From: a virus
Strand: one strand, 5' to 3'
Length of the DNA: 64,000 bases
IMG/VR virus record: IMGVR_UViG_3300037478_000708
Location: 32,001 to 96,000 of that record
Below are positions 36,751 to 46,971 of the stretch, in pieces. The translations under genes and the position numbers were made by a program. The first letter of the stretch is position 1; each line of letters begins with the position of its first letter. The notes beneath the pieces were generated by a model. It saw only the letters and a program-made list of their open reading frames with translations. It searched no databases and was not told where the DNA came from.

Positions 36751-38577
36751 ATGACTGCCTTCGGTCAGAACATCATCCCCACGATCTACGAGGACAACAC
36801 CTTCCGCACCTTCTCCAAGGCCGGCATGTTGAGCCACCTCGTTCGTGCGCTCGTCACTGTCGGCATGGAGCCGCTGACCGGCCTGTGGCCGTTCGATCCG
36901 ATTGCGGAGCCGGAGTTCCCGCTTCAGCAGGGGCAGGTCTACCCCTTCGCCTTCGACTATCCCGACGACGGCGGCGTGCTGACGTTCAACGTCAACGGCA
37001 CGCTCTACCGTCCGTGTCTGCTCGTCGTCGTGGGCCACGGCAACGAGGATCTCACGACCAACCCGGGTCGCATGGAGAAGACCCTGCTCGTCGAGAACGC
37101 GATCCGCTTCGACGGGCCGCCCGTGCTCGACAACATCTACACGATGAGCCGGACGCGGGGTCAAAGTGGGCTTATCGGTCTCGGCACCCCGACGACGGCT
37201 TACGATACGGTCTACCCGGATCAGAGCGGTCAGCAGATCACGAAGGAGGACTGGCTTCCGTACCAAGGATCGGTTGCCGGCAACCAGTCGACGTTGGCGG
37301 TCGGTCACTGGTTCGTGTACCTCGGTCCGGCGGGGCTCTTCGTCTACGTCGGCGGTGGCTCGGGCCGCGTCGCCTTCGGGGACCAGATCGCGATGGGGTG
37401 CATCTTCGGCGGGGCGCGTATTCCCGGCCGGGCCAAGCCCGTGCTCGAGGACAGCAACCTCGCGAGGATCAACCCGGCCATCCCGATGTACCTCCGGGAG
37501 ACCAACACCGCGGGGACTGCCGGTTCAAACTTCTGGCACGTCGGCGGATCGAACCCGCTCTTCGATCAGACGTTCCGTCCGAAGATCCACCGCATGCAGG
37601 CGGACCTGAAGTTCACGGAGGAGATCGTGAACTCGTGGCTCTTCAACTTGGAGAACGTCGAGTATCCGATCTTCCCGCTCTACCAGCCGGACACCCGGCC
37701 CAGTCCGCGCGAGATCTCCACCGGCGGGGGTGGGCACATCCTGGCGTACGCCGTGCACGTTCCGGACGGTCTGGAGACGGACGCGACCGACAAGTACGGG
37801 CCGATCATTCCGTCCCTGCACGCCAGCGAGGTGCGCCCGCTCTACGAAGACGTCTTCACGGGACTCGGCTTCCGTTTCTGCGACATCTCCGCGCCGCTGG
37901 GCTTGCACACGGACCCGAACACGCTGCTCGATTGGTTCCTCGTCCCGACCTACAACTCGGGGCAGACGATCGGCTTGCTGCACGAGAACGGCACGACGGT
38001 CGACACGCTCGCGACGGTGACGCTCACCGCGAGCGGCAGTGACTTCTACAACATGACCACGAGCGGGTGGTCGAGCGTGTTCCCGACGCCCGTGACGATC
38101 CTCGAAACCGGCACCTCAACGGCCGTCTGGAGCGACGACCCCGGATTCGACCGACAGATCTTCGTGGTCCCCGACCAGATCTCCACGCAGACCTATCAGG
38201 TTCAGTGGAACATCGATCTGGATACCGGAGACCCGGGCGACACGCTCTATCAGGTGTCGTTCGCGGCCTTCAATCGGGACGACCCGCAGACGGGATCGAA
38301 CCCCTCCGAGGGCTTCAACCCGCTGCTCTTCCAGTACAACTTCAACGGCGTGTGGATCACGGTGCTCACGATCGAGTGCGCCGGCACCAACCCCGCGTTC
38401 GTCAACTCCGAGGGGGAGCTGAGCTACACGCCGCAGAGCTACGCGGCCTTCGTCGCCAAGGACACGAGTTTGGGGACCCCGCGACTCACCGTGCGCTGGA
38501 ACGTGCAGGGCGACACGCAGCGCGGAGCGAACGGAGAGGTCACGACGATCACGGTCAACAAGTTCCGCTATCTGTGA
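36751..38577 (+). CDS. Hypothetical virion protein
   Basis: Tail module; WFVYLGPAGLFVYVG resembles YLLYGGEDGLYIEVG of the preceding gene. Confidence 0.6.
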   Translation: MTAFGQNIIPTIYEDNTFRTFSKAGMLSHLVRALVTVGMEPLTGLWPFDPIAEPEFPLQQGQVYPFAFDYPDDGGVLTFNVNGTLYRPCLLVVVGHGNEDLTTNPGRMEKTLLVENAIRFDGPPVLDNIYTMSRTRGQSGLIGLGTPTTAYDTVYPDQSGQQITKEDWLPYQGSVAGNQSTLAVGHWFVYLGPAGLFVYVGGGSGRVAFGDQIAMGCIFGGARIPGRAKPVLEDSNLARINPAIPMYLRETNTAGTAGSNFWHVGGSNPLFDQTFRPKIHRMQADLKFTEEIVNSWLFNLENVEYPIFPLYQPDTRPSPREISTGGGGHILAYAVHVPDGLETDATDKYGPIIPSLHASEVRPLYEDVFTGLGFRFCDISAPLGLHTDPNTLLDWFLVPTYNSGQTIGLLHENGTTVDTLATVTLTASGSDFYNMTTSGWSSVFPTPVTILETGTSTAVWSDDPGFDRQIFVVPDQISTQTYQVQWNIDLDTGDPGDTLYQVSFAAFNRDDPQTGSNPSEGFNPLLFQYNFNGVWITVLTIECAGTNPAFVNSEGELSYTPQSYAAFVAKDTSLGTPRLTVRWNVQGDTQRGANGEVTTITVNKFRYL

Positions 38578-38586
38578 GCGACGCTC

Positions 38587-41500
38587 ATGGCGGATTTCAC
38601 GCTTTCAGGACAGCCCGTCGGGAACCCCGATGAGTTCCCGATCGAGCCCGTAGCGCAGATCAGCGGCGACCTCACGATCGCCGCTGTTATCGACCCGAGC
38701 CTGCTCAGCGCGAGCGCCACCGTTTCGGGCTTCGTGGTCCTCGCGCTCGTCGGCACGGTCACGGGCACGCCGAACCTCGGTGTGGGCGGGGGCCCGATCT
38801 TCGGGACCTTCGCGTCGGCCGCGTCGCTCAACCTGCCTTTCGCGCTGCTCGGCGGGGCCCTCAACGCGGACCTGGCTGCGACCGGTGTCGCGGCCGAGCT
38901 GGGCGTGCTTCCGATCTACGCCCCCGCGCAGCTCAGCGGCACGCTCTCCGTGCAGGCGTCGGTGTCCGGCCTACTCTCGGGGACGGCCGCACTCGACGGC
39001 GGCTCGAGCCACGAGGAGTTCATCGGAGCGGGCGACGTCCTCGGGAATGAGCTTCTCTCCGCGGCGGCCTCCGCGAACATGACCGGGGAGCCCGACACGC
39101 TCAAGGATGGGGGCTCCCCTCCCTTCGTCATCTTCGACGGCTCGACGCAGTACCTCTTCTACCCCGACCAGACCGACGCCGACCTGCGGGGCGGCGCCGC
39201 GTTCTCCTGCGCCGTGGTCTTCGATCCGGAGGTCGTCAACAACGGCGGCACGGGAACGCTCGTCGGCAAGCACGACCCGGGCTCGACCGAGTGGGGCTGG
39301 CGCGTTCACTGGGACGCTACGACGGGCGAGGTCACCGTCATCGTCTCCAGTGCGGCCGACGGATCGAATCGCGCGACGCGCACGACGGCCGTCGGCGGTG
39401 CCGGTATCCGCAACCGCACCGTGGTCGCGTTCACTTGGGACAGCTCCGCGCTCGAGCTGTACGTCGCCGGGTCGTCGTCTCAGGGTGCGCAGTCCGACAC
39501 GGGTACGCCTGGCGCGATGGTGGCCGGGAATGCTCAGTTCGCGATCGGTGCGGACAGTTTGGGTAGCGCGCCCGCGAACTTCTTTCAGGGTGCGATTCAC
39601 GCCGTTCACGTCTTCGACGACGTACTCAGCTCGGGTGAGGTCGCCACGATCGACGAGTCGGGCTACGTTCCCGGTCCGCTCGTCGACGCGAACCTCGTCG
39701 CCTCCTGGCGTCCGGACCGCATCGAAGGTTCGACGTCTAACATCGTCATCAAGCGCTGGCGCGATGAGGCCGGCGCGCGCGAGCTGACGATGGTGAACCA
39801 GCCGCTCTGCTTCCCCGGCATTGCCGAGCATCTGCGTTGGTTCTGCGACGAGTGGGACATGGATTTCGTGAACGCGCAGGTCGTGGGCGTTTCCCTCGAC
39901 CAGAACCTCGCCTCCAATTACCCGCTCTCGACGTCGAGCACGAACATCGTCGAGAACGGCGGTTTCCGTCGCTATCAGCCCCCGACGTTTCAGCTCGAGC
40001 CGGAGATCGTCTCCGGGTTCCGCACGGAGTTCCACGACATCACGGTCATCTGGGGTGGGCGCAAGGACAGCAACTCCGCGGCCGACGTGGTGTGGCTCGA
40101 GCTGTACGGCCTTCAGGTCTACTACGACGCGCAGACGCTCGAACTGGATGTCTATCAGGGAGCGGTCGGTACTCCCACGCGCTATCAGTTCGGCGTCTCC
40201 GTGGTGGGTATGGAGGGCACCGTTCCGAACGGTGCGGCCACGGTCTTCGCGCTGCGCTACAACAAGCAGCTCGATCAGTTCACCCTGTTCATCAATGGGG
40301 TGAAGAAGTTCGAGATCTCCACGGCCGTAACGGGCACGGCGATCTCGAACACGGGGCTGCGATTCTGTGAATCTGTGGACTGGGCCGCGATCAACCCCTT
40401 CGCTCCGCAGACCGCGCGCCGAGCCGCGAAGATCATCCCGGCGTGCCTTCCGGACCTGCTCCTCTCGCAGACGCTCAACGAGCTGCAGCCGGGCGTCTAC
40501 GGTCAGCCGGACGGCTTGGACGGTCGCATGCGCGCGGCTCTCCGCGAGGCGCCTCAGATCGGGGGCGACCTGCTCTTCGGGCAGCTCGTCGGCGTGGACT
40601 ACGACATCACGCGAGAGGTCGACGACGAGCCCCCGTCTCCGCGTGCGACCTTCGAGCCGCACCCGGAGGGCTCGGGCACGATCGAGTTCGACGGTCTGCC
40701 GCTGGACGGCGAGCAGGTCACGATCTCCGACGGCACGACCACGGTGACACTGGAGTTCGACAACAACTCCAGCGTGTCGCCGGGCACCCTTCAGGTGCCG
40801 ATCTCCGTGACGATCACGCAGACGCTCCTGAACGTCGCGAGCGTCATCTCGACGTCGGGGCTCAACCTGACCGCGGGTGCTCCGGTCGTCTTCACGCTGG
40901 ACGGCGTGAACGAGGTCGGCTACGTGCGCATCCGGCAGGACGACCTTGCCGACGGGGACCTGCCGCTCATGACGGTTCCTACGGGGCCGCTCGGCAACGT
41001 GCGCGTGACGGGGCCTTATCGGGTGCAGGGACCGCGCGGCTCGCTGGAGCTGTTCGGGCAGCCGGCGGACGGGGATCAGTTCGTGGTCAACGACCGCGTG
41101 AACCCGGTGCGCACGTTCGAGTTCGACTCCGGCGGCGGCGTCACCGCGGGTGCCGTGGCGGTCACGATCGGCGCGGACGTCGAAGAGACGATGGACAACC
41201 TCGTCGTGGCCGTGAACGCCTCTGGGCTCGCGCTCACGGCCTTCCCGACGATCGCCTTCAGCTCCTACGGGGGTGCCGTCATCGACCGGGCCTACTCGGT
41301 CGTCGAGCACGCCCGCTCCAGTGACCCGACGGACTACGCGAACCGTTTCGACGCGGCGATCACGACGCCGACGAACGTCTCTGGCAACCTGGCCGCGACG
41401 GGCATCGAACAGCCCAAGCCTTTCGAGGAAGCGCTACAGGTCCAACAGTCGTCCGTCTACGGGCAACTCAATAGCGCGATCGAGTCGCTCTACGTCGACG

Positions 41501-42387
41501 CGCCCTACGCGGTGCTGGAGCCCGAGCCGGACGAAGACGAGGGCGCAACCATTCCGCCCTTCGTCAACCCGAACCCGGTCGTCGTCTCCGTCACCGCGAA
41601 CGAGGCGAAGATCGTGACCGCGACCGCCAACGCCGGTCCGACCGATGCCGGCGACGTGCGCTCGTGGTGGGAGGTGGAGATCGTGCCGGGCGATTCGCAG
41701 TTCAACCTGCGCATCGACGAGAAGGACAACAGCTTCGCGCTGAACAAGAATCAGGTGGACACCTTCCCGGTGCCCGAGGGTCTCAACTTCGACGAGAAGC
41801 GAATCCGCTTCGTGATCCAGTCGCAGTTGGACCCCGATCAGATCTGGTTCTCCCTCTACGTGCGCATGGAGGGCGATCAGTTCGACAACTCCACGACGGA
41901 GGTCATCATCATTCCCGGCGCGGGGGCGCCGGAGCCGCCTCCGCAGATCGAGCTGGAGATCTCGCTCGCGGAGCAGCAGTTCGTCGTCGAAGAGGACATC
42001 GGTCGGCTCTTCCGGCAGCTCCGTGTCTCGAACCGCTCGCGTTACAAGCTGACGCCGCTCTTCGTGAACCACGAGACGGACCCGCGGATCGAGGGGCGCA
42101 ACGAGGACGGCCTGGAGTTCGGGCTGCTCTCGGTGCTCGACGACTTCCTCACGCTCGGCACGAACATCCGCACCTACGCGGTCTCCGCGACCGACATCGG
42201 CTTCCTCGACCGGATCGCCGCGCGCTTCTACGGCTCCGGCTTCGAGGACTTTTGGTGGGCGATCGCGTACGTCAACCGGATCGTCGACGTCGACACGGAC
42301 ATGTTCGTCGGGCAGCGGCTCGTCCTTCCCCCGCGCGAGGCGCTGACGGCGTTCCTGGCGCGCAAGCCGACGCCGACAGGGACCTAA
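38587..42387 (+). CDS. Large protein with LamG/ConA-like domains, sheath-type repeats and a C-terminal gp53/LysM-like baseplate domain
   Basis: FDGSTQY...FAIGA...FFQGAIHAVHVFDDVLS (LamG); LDRIAARFYG...WWAIAYVN...GQRLVLP (gp53/LysM-like). Confidence 0.75.
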   Translation: MADFTLSGQPVGNPDEFPIEPVAQISGDLTIAAVIDPSLLSASATVSGFVVLALVGTVTGTPNLGVGGGPIFGTFASAASLNLPFALLGGALNADLAATGVAAELGVLPIYAPAQLSGTLSVQASVSGLLSGTAALDGGSSHEEFIGAGDVLGNELLSAAASANMTGEPDTLKDGGSPPFVIFDGSTQYLFYPDQTDADLRGGAAFSCAVVFDPEVVNNGGTGTLVGKHDPGSTEWGWRVHWDATTGEVTVIVSSAADGSNRATRTTAVGGAGIRNRTVVAFTWDSSALELYVAGSSSQGAQSDTGTPGAMVAGNAQFAIGADSLGSAPANFFQGAIHAVHVFDDVLSSGEVATIDESGYVPGPLVDANLVASWRPDRIEGSTSNIVIKRWRDEAGARELTMVNQPLCFPGIAEHLRWFCDEWDMDFVNAQVVGVSLDQNLASNYPLSTSSTNIVENGGFRRYQPPTFQLEPEIVSGFRTEFHDITVIWGGRKDSNSAADVVWLELYGLQVYYDAQTLELDVYQGAVGTPTRYQFGVSVVGMEGTVPNGAATVFALRYNKQLDQFTLFINGVKKFEISTAVTGTAISNTGLRFCESVDWAAINPFAPQTARRAAKIIPACLPDLLLSQTLNELQPGVYGQPDGLDGRMRAALREAPQIGGDLLFGQLVGVDYDITREVDDEPPSPRATFEPHPEGSGTIEFDGLPLDGEQVTISDGTTTVTLEFDNNSSVSPGTLQVPISVTITQTLLNVASVISTSGLNLTAGAPVVFTLDGVNEVGYVRIRQDDLADGDLPLMTVPTGPLGNVRVTGPYRVQGPRGSLELFGQPADGDQFVVNDRVNPVRTFEFDSGGGVTAGAVAVTIGADVEETMDNLVVAVNASGLALTAFPTIAFSSYGGAVIDRAYSVVEHARSSDPTDYANRFDAAITTPTNVSGNLAATGIEQPKPFEEALQVQQSSVYGQLNSAIESLYVDAPYAVLEPEPDEDEGATIPPFVNPNPVVVSVTANEAKIVTATANAGPTDAGDVRSWWEVEIVPGDSQFNLRIDEKDNSFALNKNQVDTFPVPEGLNFDEKRIRFVIQSQLDPDQIWFSLYVRMEGDQFDNSTTEVIIIPGAGAPEPPPQIELEISLAEQQFVVEEDIGRLFRQLRVSNRSRYKLTPLFVNHETDPRIEGRNEDGLEFGLLSVLDDFLTLGTNIRTYAVSATDIGFLDRIAARFYGSGFEDFWWAIAYVNRIVDVDTDMFVGQRLVLPPREALTAFLARKPTPTGT

Positions 42388-42388
42388 G

Positions 42389-45148
42389 ATGGCACTCTCC
42401 GACAACGCCATCGGCTTCTTCCTCGAGGCGGAAGACGTCTCCCTGACGCGCACACTCGCCAGTGCGACCACCTCCTACGAGCGCTACACGAAGGCCCTGG
42501 AGAAGTACAACGAGCGGGCCTTCCAGAGCACGCAGAAGGGGCTCGGCAAGGTCACGGATCTCCTCAAGGCCGCGGAGAAGCTCCCCGATCGGGTGGCGAA
42601 GGGGATGGCGCGCGCCTCGGCCACGATCGAGAAGGGGCTCAAGCCGGTCACGCAGTCCGTCGAGATCGTGTTCACCGTCGGATCCTCGCAAAAGCTCAAG
42701 GCCGCGGTGGGCCGCGCGGTCTCCGAAGCGATGAGTGGCGCGAACGTGCGCCTGAGCGCGTCGATGCCGCAGAAGCGGATGGCTCTCTTCGACAGCTCCG
42801 TCAGCCTGCGCACGCAGTACGCGAACGTGACGCAGCCCCCGGACATGCGGGGCAAGATTCAGCCGCTCAAGAAGTTCCGCGAGGGCGGTGTCGTCGAAGG
42901 TCCGAACAAGGCGATGGACTCGGTGCTCGCCTTGCTTCAGCCCGGCGAGTTGGTCCTGCCGGTCGACGTGACGAAGCAGCTCAAGAGCCTCGGAGGACAG
43001 CTTCTCAAGACGGGTGGTCTCGACAAGGGCAAGCTCAAGGATCTCGTCGCGCTGACGGAGCTGTACGGGGATGAACTCGCCGACGTGAACAAGGCGCTCG
43101 GCACCGTTCACGACAACCTCGACAACCTGGCCGACGTCACCAAGCAGCGTCTCGGCTCGGCGATGCTCAACGCGACCAAGCGGGTCGAAGCCTTGGAGGA
43201 GGAGACGACGGGAGCCGGCACGGCGCTCAAGAAGCTGCTCGTGGACATCCTCGGTCCCGCGCGCTTCCTGGCCATCCGCGGGGCGATCGCCGACCTACAA
43301 GAAGGGCTCGGGGGACTGCGCTCCGGGTTCGGCAGCGCGTTCACGACGCTGGGAGGCGACGAGATCACCTCGGGTATCGAGGCGATCAACCAGATGAACC
43401 AGTTCCTCGGCGTTAGCCGTGCGCGGCTGCGCGAGATCAAGACGCGCGCGGGGGACATGGCCAAAGAGGTCGAGGGCATCACCTTCGACGAGCTGGGGCG
43501 CGGCCTGCTCCAGGCGGCAGAGCACGGCATCCGCGACGAGGAGACGCTCTTCCGCCTGGCGAAGGCCGGCACGCTCGCGGCGAAGGGGATGAACATCGCG
43601 CAGGAGTCGGCCATCAGCTTGGGCTTCGAGCTGACCAGTTCGCTCAACCTGAGTCAGGAAGGCTTCGAGGCGACGCTCGGCACGTTGGGGCGGCTCTCCG
43701 ACAAGACGTCCGGGTTCAACATCTCGGCCGGGAAGCTCTTCGAGCAGACGACGGCCGACGTCGCCGCGCTGAACACGACGCTGCGGCAGATGAGCGACGA
43801 AGAGTCGCAGAGGCTCATCGGGAGCTTCAACCAGATCGGCGCCGTGCTGGAGAGCCAGTTCATCGACCAGGCCGGCGACATCCGTCAGACGCTCGCGCGA
43901 GCGCTCGAGGGCGGACCGGAGAACGTGGACGCGATGCGCAAGGCGCAACTGCTCACGGGCAAGTCGGTCGAGCAGTTGCGGGCACAACTGGAGAAGGGGG
44001 ACATCGCGGGGATCTTCGACTCGATCGGCGAGCAAGCGCGTGGCATGGACACGCAGCAGCTCAACGCGCTGGCGGATACCGTGGGCCTCAGTGCGGAGAA
44101 CCTCAGCAAGCTCAGTCAGGGTCTCGGGGCCATCAATACCAACTTCGACAAAGCGAACACGCGCATCGCGGCGACGGGGACCGGTCTCGGTCTCCTCGAG
44201 GCACGTGCGCGGGCCAACCGGACGCAGTTCGAGAAGCTCCAAGAAGACGTCACGGACAACGCCGCCGCCTTCCAGATGTTCGGCATCTCCGGCGTGGAGG
44301 TGCTCGACTTCTTCAAGGAGTTCAACGCGACGTCGCTGCTCAGCCTGGCGTTCCTCAGCGGCCCGCTCTTCAAGGGCTTGACCACGGCCGCGGGTGGCTT
44401 CAAGGCGTTCGCGCTGGGGGCCGGTCAAACCGCAGTGTCGCTTTCGACCGTGAAGTCCTTCGCCGTGGGCTTGGGTCCGAAGCTGCTCAGCATCGCCAAG
44501 ATCGCCGGTCCGCTCGCACTGATCGCCGGTGCGGGTGTCGGCTTCGTGAAGTTCGCCGACAAGCTGGAGGAAATCGAGGAAGGCTCGCTGAAGGCGACGG
44601 AGGAGGCGCAGAAGTTCCTCCACATGGACCCCGCGCGCCTGAAGAAGAACATCGAGCGCGTGCAGGCGCAGATCGACATCGACGAAGCGGCCGGCAAGGT
44701 GGCCAACCCGGTCGCGGTGGCCAAGCTCGAGAGCTACAACCAGCAGCTAGCCAATCTTGAGGCGCACCTAAAGGAAACCTACGGTAGGAAGACCACGGGG
44801 ACGAGCGTCGACGCGTTGGATCCGATGGCGCAGTTGGCGGCAGCCCAGGGGCAGCTCGGCGCGCAGATGGCGGAGAACATGCGCTCTCCGACGGAGATCC
44901 CCGCCGTTTCCCCCGAGGAGATTCGGGCGCTCATCGAAGGCGACTTCCAGATGGCGACGGGTGGCACGGAAGAGCGCCTCGACAAGAACAATCAGCTCAT
45001 GGAACAGGTCGTGGAACTCCTGAAGGAACAGGTGCGTCGCTCCGGTGCGACCGCGCCGGGTCCCGTCGCGAGCGCTACGCGCACCCCGCAGGGTCCGTCG
45101 CTCGGCCTGTCTCCGTTCGGGCAGCAGGTCGCCGGAGGGGAGCTTTAG
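42389..45148 (+). CDS. Tail tape measure protein
   Basis: 919-aa helical Ala/Leu/Gly-rich protein with hydrophobic stretches, upstream of the hub and spike genes. Confidence 0.8.
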   Translation: MALSDNAIGFFLEAEDVSLTRTLASATTSYERYTKALEKYNERAFQSTQKGLGKVTDLLKAAEKLPDRVAKGMARASATIEKGLKPVTQSVEIVFTVGSSQKLKAAVGRAVSEAMSGANVRLSASMPQKRMALFDSSVSLRTQYANVTQPPDMRGKIQPLKKFREGGVVEGPNKAMDSVLALLQPGELVLPVDVTKQLKSLGGQLLKTGGLDKGKLKDLVALTELYGDELADVNKALGTVHDNLDNLADVTKQRLGSAMLNATKRVEALEEETTGAGTALKKLLVDILGPARFLAIRGAIADLQEGLGGLRSGFGSAFTTLGGDEITSGIEAINQMNQFLGVSRARLREIKTRAGDMAKEVEGITFDELGRGLLQAAEHGIRDEETLFRLAKAGTLAAKGMNIAQESAISLGFELTSSLNLSQEGFEATLGTLGRLSDKTSGFNISAGKLFEQTTADVAALNTTLRQMSDEESQRLIGSFNQIGAVLESQFIDQAGDIRQTLARALEGGPENVDAMRKAQLLTGKSVEQLRAQLEKGDIAGIFDSIGEQARGMDTQQLNALADTVGLSAENLSKLSQGLGAINTNFDKANTRIAATGTGLGLLEARARANRTQFEKLQEDVTDNAAAFQMFGISGVEVLDFFKEFNATSLLSLAFLSGPLFKGLTTAAGGFKAFALGAGQTAVSLSTVKSFAVGLGPKLLSIAKIAGPLALIAGAGVGFVKFADKLEEIEEGSLKATEEAQKFLHMDPARLKKNIERVQAQIDIDEAAGKVANPVAVAKLESYNQQLANLEAHLKETYGRKTTGTSVDALDPMAQLAAAQGQLGAQMAENMRSPTEIPAVSPEEIRALIEGDFQMATGGTEERLDKNNQLMEQVVELLKEQVRRSGATAPGPVASATRTPQGPSLGLSPFGQQVAGGEL

Positions 45149-45739
45149 ATGGTCGTCGTCGGCAACCTGGGTGACCGTCTGACGATCACGATCGACCCGT
45201 CGTGGCCGCAGATCGGCCTGTGGGCGCATCCGCTGGGCAACACCCTGCGCGTGACGTTCGTCGACTTTGCCTCGGGTGTCTCTGAGGACGCGACGCCGAA
45301 CTACGTCAACACGGAGGTCATCGGACGCGCCGAGTCGTACAAGGCGTTCCTCAACACGCAGAACCGGCAGATCCAGATCCCCTTCCGGTTCCGCGCGCAG
45401 GGGGTGACCTCTTCCGACCCGCGGACGGCCGTCGAGCAGGAGGTCATCTTGCCGGCGCGCTTCCTCGACGCGCTCAAGTACCCCGTGCACGACCCCAACC
45501 AGGGGATCTCCTACGCACCGCCTCCGGTGCTCGTGCACTTCGGGGACCTGTTCACCGCGCGCTGTATCCTGGCGAGCGGTCCGCTGAACTGGATCTTCGA
45601 TCCGATGGAGACGGACACGCTGCTTCCGCACGGCTGCGACGTGAACGTGCAGTTCGAGGTGGTCCGACGCATTCAGGCGGACCTGAGCTACTTCCCGACC
45701 GGTAGCAGCGGCGGGCCGATCTCGGGTGAGTGGCAGTGA
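45149..45739 (+). CDS. Tube-initiator / CIS-tube-like baseplate protein
   Basis: VSEDATPNY...IGRAE, YAPPPVLVHFG, LPHGCDV. Confidence 0.65.
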   Translation: MVVVGNLGDRLTITIDPSWPQIGLWAHPLGNTLRVTFVDFASGVSEDATPNYVNTEVIGRAESYKAFLNTQNRQIQIPFRFRAQGVTSSDPRTAVEQEVILPARFLDALKYPVHDPNQGISYAPPPVLVHFGDLFTARCILASGPLNWIFDPMETDTLLPHGCDVNVQFEVVRRIQADLSYFPTGSSGGPISGEWQ

Positions 45740-46971
45740 CCGGATCGACCGACAGCAACGTCTTTCCGGCAGGTAACGTCACGCTCCTGTCCGCCGGACA
45801 GACGATCGATCTGCCTTTCCATGAGTACCTCATGGACATGGACGTGGAGGTCGTCTCCAAGAGTTCGTGGACCGGTCGCCTCAAGCTCTTCGATCACCAA
45901 GGCGACCGGCTGGAGCAGATCATCATCGCGGCCGGGCACGACCGGGACATCGACGTTCAGTGGGGTTGGGCGGATCCGACCAACAACTTCCAAAGACAGT
46001 TCCACGGCTCGGTCATGGGCTATGCCCTCGAGTTCATGCCGCACGGATCGGTCGTCAACTTCGAGGTCGTATCCCGCTCGGCGTTCTCGCAGGTCATCGA
46101 CCGCCGCATTCGCTCGTTTCAGGAGGGGCAGCGCGTCTCCGACATCGTGCGAGAGATCGCGCAGTCGCGCGGCTGGACCGTGCAGATCGAAGACAGCGTG
46201 GGGTTCATCGAGCAGCCCTTCAACTCGAAGGGTGAGAGCGATCTGAACTTCATCCTCGAGCAGCTCCTTCCGCACGCGGTCAGCGAGCAGGGCTCCGACT
46301 TCCTCTGCTACTTCGACGAGGCCGACGTCTTCCACTTCCACTCGCCGTTCTTCGGAACGCCCGTCCAGCATAGCTACAACTTCACGCGGGACGCGTCTGG
46401 CGACGTCATCATGTTCTCCCCGCAGGACAACCAGCTCTTCGGGGCGTTGTTCGGTGGAGGCAACAGCCTGTACAGCTCGCCGACGAGCTTGCAGGGCGGC
46501 CAGGCTGAGCAGCAGACCGCGCAAGGCGCCGGTCTCAACGGTCAGGGTGCGCCGGCCGCGGTGGACGCCTCGGCGCAGGTCGACCTCGGTGCGGGTGTGC
46601 ACTCGTACAACAACATCGTGGCCCGGGACCCTGCGGAGGTCGAACGGCTCACGCGGGCGCGCTACGCCGAGTACCGACGCAAGGCGTTCAAGGCCAACCT
46701 CCGCGTGCACGGAACCCACCGCGTTCGCGTGAGCGACTACGTGAACGTGGACTTCACCAAGACCGACGGCACGCCGCACTACCTGTCCGGCAACTTCCTC
46801 GTGCTGAGGGTCAAGCACACGGTCGGCGTGGGCCTCGGGTGGACCACGGAGTTCGAGATGCAGCGCGAGGGTATCGAGGCGCTTCCCGGCACGGTTCCGT
46901 TGGCCGTGACGCAGACGGTCTCCCCGCAGCCGGGGGGCGACGATGACGACCTGACGCTGACCGCCACATGA
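45730..46971 (+). CDS. Baseplate hub protein (gp27 / GpD-like)
   Basis: SDIVREIA, GESDLNFI, YLSGNFLVLRVKHTV...WTTEFEM. Confidence 0.8.
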   Translation: MAVTGSTDSNVFPAGNVTLLSAGQTIDLPFHEYLMDMDVEVVSKSSWTGRLKLFDHQGDRLEQIIIAAGHDRDIDVQWGWADPTNNFQRQFHGSVMGYALEFMPHGSVVNFEVVSRSAFSQVIDRRIRSFQEGQRVSDIVREIAQSRGWTVQIEDSVGFIEQPFNSKGESDLNFILEQLLPHAVSEQGSDFLCYFDEADVFHFHSPFFGTPVQHSYNFTRDASGDVIMFSPQDNQLFGALFGGGNSLYSSPTSLQGGQAEQQTAQGAGLNGQGAPAAVDASAQVDLGAGVHSYNNIVARDPAEVERLTRARYAEYRRKAFKANLRVHGTHRVRVSDYVNVDFTKTDGTPHYLSGNFLVLRVKHTVGVGLGWTTEFEMQREGIEALPGTVPLAVTQTVSPQPGGDDDDLTLTAT

